UHGV virus genome: UHGV-0037385
Length of the DNA: 38,638 nucleotides
Origin: a virus
Reading direction: 5' to 3' (one strand)
The translations under genes were made by a program, and so were the position numbers. Position 1 is the first letter of the stretch, and each line of letters opens with the position of its first letter. The notes beneath the pieces were generated by a model. It saw nothing but the letters and a program-made list of their open reading frames with translations. It ran no database searches and was not told where the DNA came from. Of this stretch, positions 34,532 through 38,638 are shown one piece after another.

Positions 34532-34825
34532 ATGGTTGTGAAAGCAACCGGCAAGGTAGACGGAAAAGAGGTTATCTTTGAACGTGCAGAAGGGGATCTG
34601 TGGAAAGTCACGATCCCCTATGATCTTGACGGGATGTATGTGGTAGAAGTGACAGCAGAAGATGAGGCAGGAAATATAGCATTCTGCACAAAGTTACTGT
34701 TAATTGTGGATCCAGCTACTTTATGCATCCATCTCATACCATATGAGTATACCGTAGAAGTAGTTCAGGAAGAATTTTGTGTGGATGTGATTCATCCGTG
34801 TCATGGGAGGTGCTGCTGTGAATAG
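34532..34825 (+). CDS. Hypothetical structural protein, a possible Ig-like continuation.
   Basis: 97 aa, with an AGGAGG Shine-Dalgarno before ATG 34532. Confidence 0.4.
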   Translation: MVVKATGKVDGKEVIFERAEGDLWKVTIPYDLDGMYVVEVTAEDEAGNIAFCTKLLLIVDPATLCIHLIPYEYTVEVVQEEFCVDVIHPCHGRCCCE

Positions 34826-35087
34826 AGTAAGATTTATCCAGGGAGAAGACAAGCATGTTAAGCTACTGGTGAGAAGTCCTAATAATGAACCATTTACCAT
34901 TCTGACAGCATCTTACAGCCTGTCACGGTTCGGAGAAGTTGAAGCAGAGGGAGAATGTGAAATCAATGGGCATTATCTGGATATCAAGATTGCACCGGTA
35001 CAAAAGGCGAAGTCTTATATACTGGAAGTTACCTATGTGGTTGCGGATTCAACAAGAAAAGTAAGGATAGAAGTAGAGGTGGTATGA
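34818..35087 (+). CDS. Hypothetical protein.
   Basis: The GTG start at 34818 lies 6 nt after GGGAGGTG. Confidence 0.4.
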   Translation: MNRVRFIQGEDKHVKLLVRSPNNEPFTILTASYSLSRFGEVEAEGECEINGHYLDIKIAPVQKAKSYILEVTYVVADSTRKVRIEVEVV

Positions 35088-35248
35088 TGCTGACAATCAC
35101 GGAAATCAAATTAAGCAAGAATCCTGTTGGGACAGGGGAAAAGTTTACCATATCTGTGCAGATTCAGGAGACAGCAGATTATCCGTATGACTATCCTTAT
35201 GATTTCCCGGTAGCCTGCACGGTCACAGCGAAACCGAAAGAAACATAA
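35084..35248 (+). CDS. Hypothetical mini-protein of 54 aa.
   Basis: It has an ATGA overlap with the previous stop. It is below the track cut-off. Confidence 0.25.
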   Translation: MMLTITEIKLSKNPVGTGEKFTISVQIQETADYPYDYPYDFPVACTVTAKPKET

Positions 35249-35406
35249 AAATGATTTTCAGAGGGACTGAATATTGTATCATCAAATTACCCTGAGCTGT
35301 TTAAATAAGAAGAAACTCGTTTGAATTAACTGACAACCGTGATATACAGGTGGTACACAAAAACACCGAAAACCCCGGAGTTTATGCGGCTCATGGAGGT
35401 ATTGCT

Positions 35407-35640
35407 ATGGCAGCAGGAGCTATCATTATAACGTTATTGGAGTTGATTGTCGGAACTATTGTAAATATCATATTGGGATGGAATGTATGGGATTATAGTA
35501 ATCTGCCAGGTGATTTATGGGGACAGATCTGTCCGCAGTTTACAGTATTATGGTTCTTCCTGTCGGCTGTAGCCGTCTATCTAGATGATTGGATAAGATA
35601 CTTGCTGTGGGGAGAAAAACGGCCAAAATATAAATTTTAG
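35407..35640 (+). CDS. Small two-transmembrane-helix protein upstream of the holin (DUF1113-like), a possible holin accessory.
   Basis: The start was moved to ATG 35407 (GGAGGT Shine-Dalgarno). Two hydrophobic helices are present, and the motif W..LPG.LWGQICP matches the family. Confidence 0.4.
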   Translation: MAAGAIIITLLELIVGTIVNIILGWNVWDYSNLPGDLWGQICPQFTVLWFFLSAVAVYLDDWIRYLLWGEKRPKYKF

Positions 35641-35655
35641 AAAGGAAGGATTGAA

Positions 35656-36120
35656 ATGATGGATAAGATTATTACATTGCTGTCAAGCAATTCATTTGTA
35701 AAAATTTTGCTGATAGTGGTTGCTTTAGATACGATACTTGGTGTACTCAGAGCAATTAAAGAACACAAATTCAACAGCTGCGTAGGAATCGACGGAGCAA
35801 TTCGGAAAGCAGGAATGCTCCTGTCAGTAGGATTCCTTATGGCAACGGACGTGATTATGCATATTAATGTATTAGGCATGGTACCTGAGAAATATGTACA
35901 GATTCTTGGAATTGATAAGATGGGAATCTGCGAATTCTTCAGTCTATTATTCATATTGTACGAACTGGTTAGCATCCTCAAGAATATGACATTATGCGGA
36001 CTTCCAGTACCAACCAAAATCAAGAAATGGATTCAGAAATTCCTCGATGATATGACAGAAGAGCTTCCGAAAGAAGCAGCCAAGGAATTGCACCAGTGCA
36101 AGAAAGGAGAAGAATCATGA
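35656..36120 (+). CDS. Holin (Phage_holin_4_1 / TcdE-like family).
   Basis: 154 aa with three transmembrane segments. The sequence ALDTILGVLRAIKEHKFNSCVGIDGAIRKAGMLLSV matches the family. It is followed by the endolysin gene. Confidence 0.75.
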   Translation: MMDKIITLLSSNSFVKILLIVVALDTILGVLRAIKEHKFNSCVGIDGAIRKAGMLLSVGFLMATDVIMHINVLGMVPEKYVQILGIDKMGICEFFSLLFILYELVSILKNMTLCGLPVPTKIKKWIQKFLDDMTEELPKEAAKELHQCKKGEES

Positions 36121-36293
36121 CAGAACAGACAATTAAAGAAACAATTAAGAGTTTCGCTTACGGACTTTCAGCAAAGGAAATCTCCGATAACGAAGGAACA
36201 TCACTTGAAGTTATGGAGAAGTTCGCAGAGGAACACGCTGCGGAGATTGAGCAGAAGAAAGCAGAATTGAAGGAAGGTGGATGGTATGAGTAA
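36117..36293 (+). CDS. Small hypothetical protein of 58 aa between the holin and the endolysin.
   Basis: An AAAGGAGAAG Shine-Dalgarno precedes ATG 36117. Confidence 0.35.
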   Translation: MTEQTIKETIKSFAYGLSAKEISDNEGTSLEVMEKFAEEHAAEIEQKKAELKEGGWYE

Positions 36294-37356
36294 TCTGATT
36301 ATTGACGTATCTTATCATAATGGAGTCATCAACTGGGAAAAGGTAAAAGCATCTGGTTGTGCCGGAGCTATTCTCCGCTGTGGATATGGAGATGATATCG
36401 CATCACAGGACGATAAGCAGTGGATTCGCAACCTTGCAGAGTGCGAAAGACTTGGAATTCCGGTAGGAGTCTATCTGTACAGCTACGCTACTTGTGACAG
36501 ACAGGCGCAGAGCGAACTTGATCACATCTTGAGATTGATTAAAGGGCATACATTCCAGTTACCAATTTTCATTGATGTAGAAGAGCCGGGAACACAGAAC
36601 TATGCTCCTAGATGCTGTGAAATCGTCTGCGAAGGACTTAAGGCGAATGGATATATTCCGGGAATCTACGCTTCACTGAGTTGGTTTAGCAACCATCTTG
36701 GAAGTGTACGTGGCAAGTATATTGAATGGATGGCAAGATACAAGAATCTTCCGGAAGATACATACAAGGGACAGTACGCAATTTGGCAGTATTCCTCAGA
36801 TGGTTATGTAGATGGAGTCAGCGGAAGAGTAGATGTGAACCATTGCTACATGGAGTTTGGTGGAACTGTTCAGCCTGTTACACCGTCAGCACCTTCTAAG
36901 CCAGCAGAGAAGAAAGACTTAGGACAGGTCGATATTACATATCAGGCTTTCACGGATAGATGGTGGCCACCAGTAGTGAACAAGATTGATTGGGCTGGAA
37001 AAGGTGATAATGTTCCAATCAAGTGGCTTGCGATCAAAGTTAGCAAGGGAAGTATCCGTTGTCGAGTATACACAAGAAAGAGTGGTTGGCTTCCGTATCT
37101 TACATTCGGCAATAGCTATGATCTGAATGATAAAAAGAACGGAATCCTCGGAGATGGTTCAGAGATTCTTGCTATTGAGCTGTACTACATCACACCGGAG
37201 GGATATAAGTACAAGATGGTGCACTACAGAGCTTCTGTTAGAGATAACGCAAACTTCTACAGTGAGCAGATCGACACGTTAAAAACCAACGGTGCAGACG
37301 GTTATGCGGGGGACAAGAAGAGATTCGTGGATAAGTTCCAGGCTTGGATTGAGTAG
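36286..37356 (+). CDS. Endolysin: an N-terminal GH25 muramidase with a C-terminal cell-wall-binding domain.
   Basis: The GH25 signature reads IIDVSYHNGVINWEKVKASGCAGAILRCGYG...YLYSY. The start was moved to ATG 36286, which lies 5 nt after GGAAGGTGG. Confidence 0.8.
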   Translation: MSNLIIDVSYHNGVINWEKVKASGCAGAILRCGYGDDIASQDDKQWIRNLAECERLGIPVGVYLYSYATCDRQAQSELDHILRLIKGHTFQLPIFIDVEEPGTQNYAPRCCEIVCEGLKANGYIPGIYASLSWFSNHLGSVRGKYIEWMARYKNLPEDTYKGQYAIWQYSSDGYVDGVSGRVDVNHCYMEFGGTVQPVTPSAPSKPAEKKDLGQVDITYQAFTDRWWPPVVNKIDWAGKGDNVPIKWLAIKVSKGSIRCRVYTRKSGWLPYLTFGNSYDLNDKKNGILGDGSEILAIELYYITPEGYKYKMVHYRASVRDNANFYSEQIDTLKTNGADGYAGDKKRFVDKFQAWIE

Positions 37357-37400
37357 AAAAGATGCCCCAGAGCAGTTCGCTTTGGGGCTTTAATATTGTA

Positions 37401-38513
37401 TCATTTTCTTCTATTTTCGTGTTGCATTTCGTGTTGCATAGACTCAAAATAGTCGATTGCAATCTTATTCATTTTATCTTCCATGTCCGGAAGAGTGTGA
37501 CGGTAGACTTCTTTCAGTACCGAATCATTTCCCCATCCACCAGATTGCATGATATATGCATCTGGTATACCAAGTGCATGCTGGACAGAAGCGTTGTAAT
37601 GCCTTAAGTCATGGAAACGAAAGTGCGGTATCTCTAATTTCTTAAGCAGATTTCCAAACGATGTTGTTAATGTATTCGGATTCATGTTTACAGTGTCGGT
37701 TGAAAGTTCCAAAAACTTCTCGATTACGAATGATGGATAATTCACATATCTGTCACCAGCATAAGACTTAGGTGCTTTCACAATCCATTCGCCCTCATCA
37801 TTCATAACCATTGTTTTTGTAACGTGTATCGTGTGATTCTTGATGTCGGACTTCTGTAATGCACAGATCTCACCTCTTCGCATAGCTCCAAACGCTGCGA
37901 GGAGAATTGGCACTTCCATGATAGTTCCTTCTGATGCACGAACAATCTTCTTAATGTCCACTTCTGTAGGAATGTAAATGTTGCTCCTGAGTTTTTTTGG
38001 AAGAGTGATATTGATTACAATTCCCGGACGAAATCTTTTCATTACCGCGCTGATCAGTCCATTCATGTCACGAACAGACTTAGGTGACAGCTCTGTAGAT
38101 GCCTTATTAATCACCTTTTGAATTACGCTTTGTGTGATTTCCTTTAGCTGATACTCTTTGAGCGGTACCATGCAATTACGTTGCATACTCTTGTACTTTC
38201 TGATACTGGACGGAGAGAGGACAGCGGACCGTTCCTGTATATACTTTTCCAGTGCATCACCGAAAGTCATTTGCACTTCTTCATCTTTCTTGATTTCTTT
38301 GTTATCTGCCCATTCAGCAGCCATTGCTTCAACTTTTCTTTTTCCTCTTGCCGATGGATCATCACAAGTGAAAGACTTATAGATTCTTTTCTGCTTTTGC
38401 TTGTTAGTCTTTGGATCTATAACAGGATTTCCGTCTTTATCAACCACATCTTCGTAATGTGAAAAGACAAGACATCTCCATGATCCGGAAGGTAACTTCT
38501 TAGCTGTTGCCAT
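37401..38513 (-). CDS. int: Tyrosine integrase (phage-integrase family) with an N-terminal AP2-like arm-binding domain.
   Basis: The N-terminus MATAKKLPSGSWRCLV is AP2-type. The catalytic residues are present (R...HDLRHY...GH...Y). An AAGGAGATGATTATAT Shine-Dalgarno precedes the start. The C-terminus contains the tandem repeat MQHEMQHE, encoded by the DNA tandem repeat TTCGTGTTGCAT x2. Confidence 0.85.
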   Translation of the reverse strand: MATAKKLPSGSWRCLVFSHYEDVVDKDGNPVIDPKTNKQKQKRIYKSFTCDDPSARGKRKVEAMAAEWADNKEIKKDEEVQMTFGDALEKYIQERSAVLSPSSIRKYKSMQRNCMVPLKEYQLKEITQSVIQKVINKASTELSPKSVRDMNGLISAVMKRFRPGIVINITLPKKLRSNIYIPTEVDIKKIVRASEGTIMEVPILLAAFGAMRRGEICALQKSDIKNHTIHVTKTMVMNDEGEWIVKAPKSYAGDRYVNYPSFVIEKFLELSTDTVNMNPNTLTTSFGNLLKKLEIPHFRFHDLRHYNASVQHALGIPDAYIMQSGGWGNDSVLKEVYRHTLPDMEDKMNKIAIDYFESMQHEMQHENRRK

Positions 38514-38638
38514 ATAATCATCTCCTTAAAAAATGGTATAAAAATAACAGCCTAGCAATAGAACAAGAGTTCTGATTGATTGACTGCTCCGAAGATGATA
38601 CAATATTCATTGTATGAAGTGCATATAGCACATTTAAG

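Noticed and set aside
1-38638. A search for CRISPR arrays, reverse transcriptase / diversity-generating retroelement components, rRNA and large tandem DNA repeats.
   Set aside because: I saw no regularly spaced direct repeats, no reverse transcriptase motifs (YxDD) in any ORF and no rRNA-like segments. The only tandem DNA repeat is the 12-bp x2 duplication inside the integrase 3' end.

Overview
The window reads as a nearly complete temperate siphovirus (prophage or circularly permuted phage genome) of a low-GC Firmicute, probably a Clostridia/Lachnospiraceae-like host. The lysogeny switch sits on the minus strand at the left end: a glycine-zipper moron (89..718), an ImmA/IrrE Zn-metallopeptidase and an XRE repressor. 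A long divergent promoter and leader region separates it from the rightward early operon. That operon carries a Cro-like regulator and several small regulators and membrane proteins, then a YqaJ-like exonuclease, a DUF1351-like protein, a RecT recombinase, a RusA resolvase and a DnaD-like replisome organizer. An accessory block follows (9.2-16.5 kb). It holds a catalytic-motif-less HsdM-like SAM-binding protein directly followed by a second, complete tyrosine recombinase. It also holds a PAPS-reductase-like protein overlapping an orphan beta-class DNA methyltransferase, several Zn-ribbon mini-proteins and an ArpU/RinA-like late activator. A promoter/terminator-bounded membrane-protein moron and a phage tRNA(CAT) precede the late genes. 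The late region is a classical packaging, head, tail and lysis module. It contains TerS, TerL, portal, a MuF-like minor capsid protein with a C-terminal extension, the Prp protease, scaffold and major capsid. It continues with connector proteins, major tail protein, chaperones, tape measure, Dit and tail-tip proteins, an Ig-repeat fibre-like protein, holin and a GH25 endolysin. An AP2-type tyrosine integrase lies on the minus strand at the right end. No CRISPR array, reverse transcriptase or rRNA was seen. All calls rest on by-eye motif recognition, Shine-Dalgarno placement and synteny; no searches were run. Several start codons were moved to internal ATG/GTG/TTG codons with better ribosome-binding sites than the track starts.
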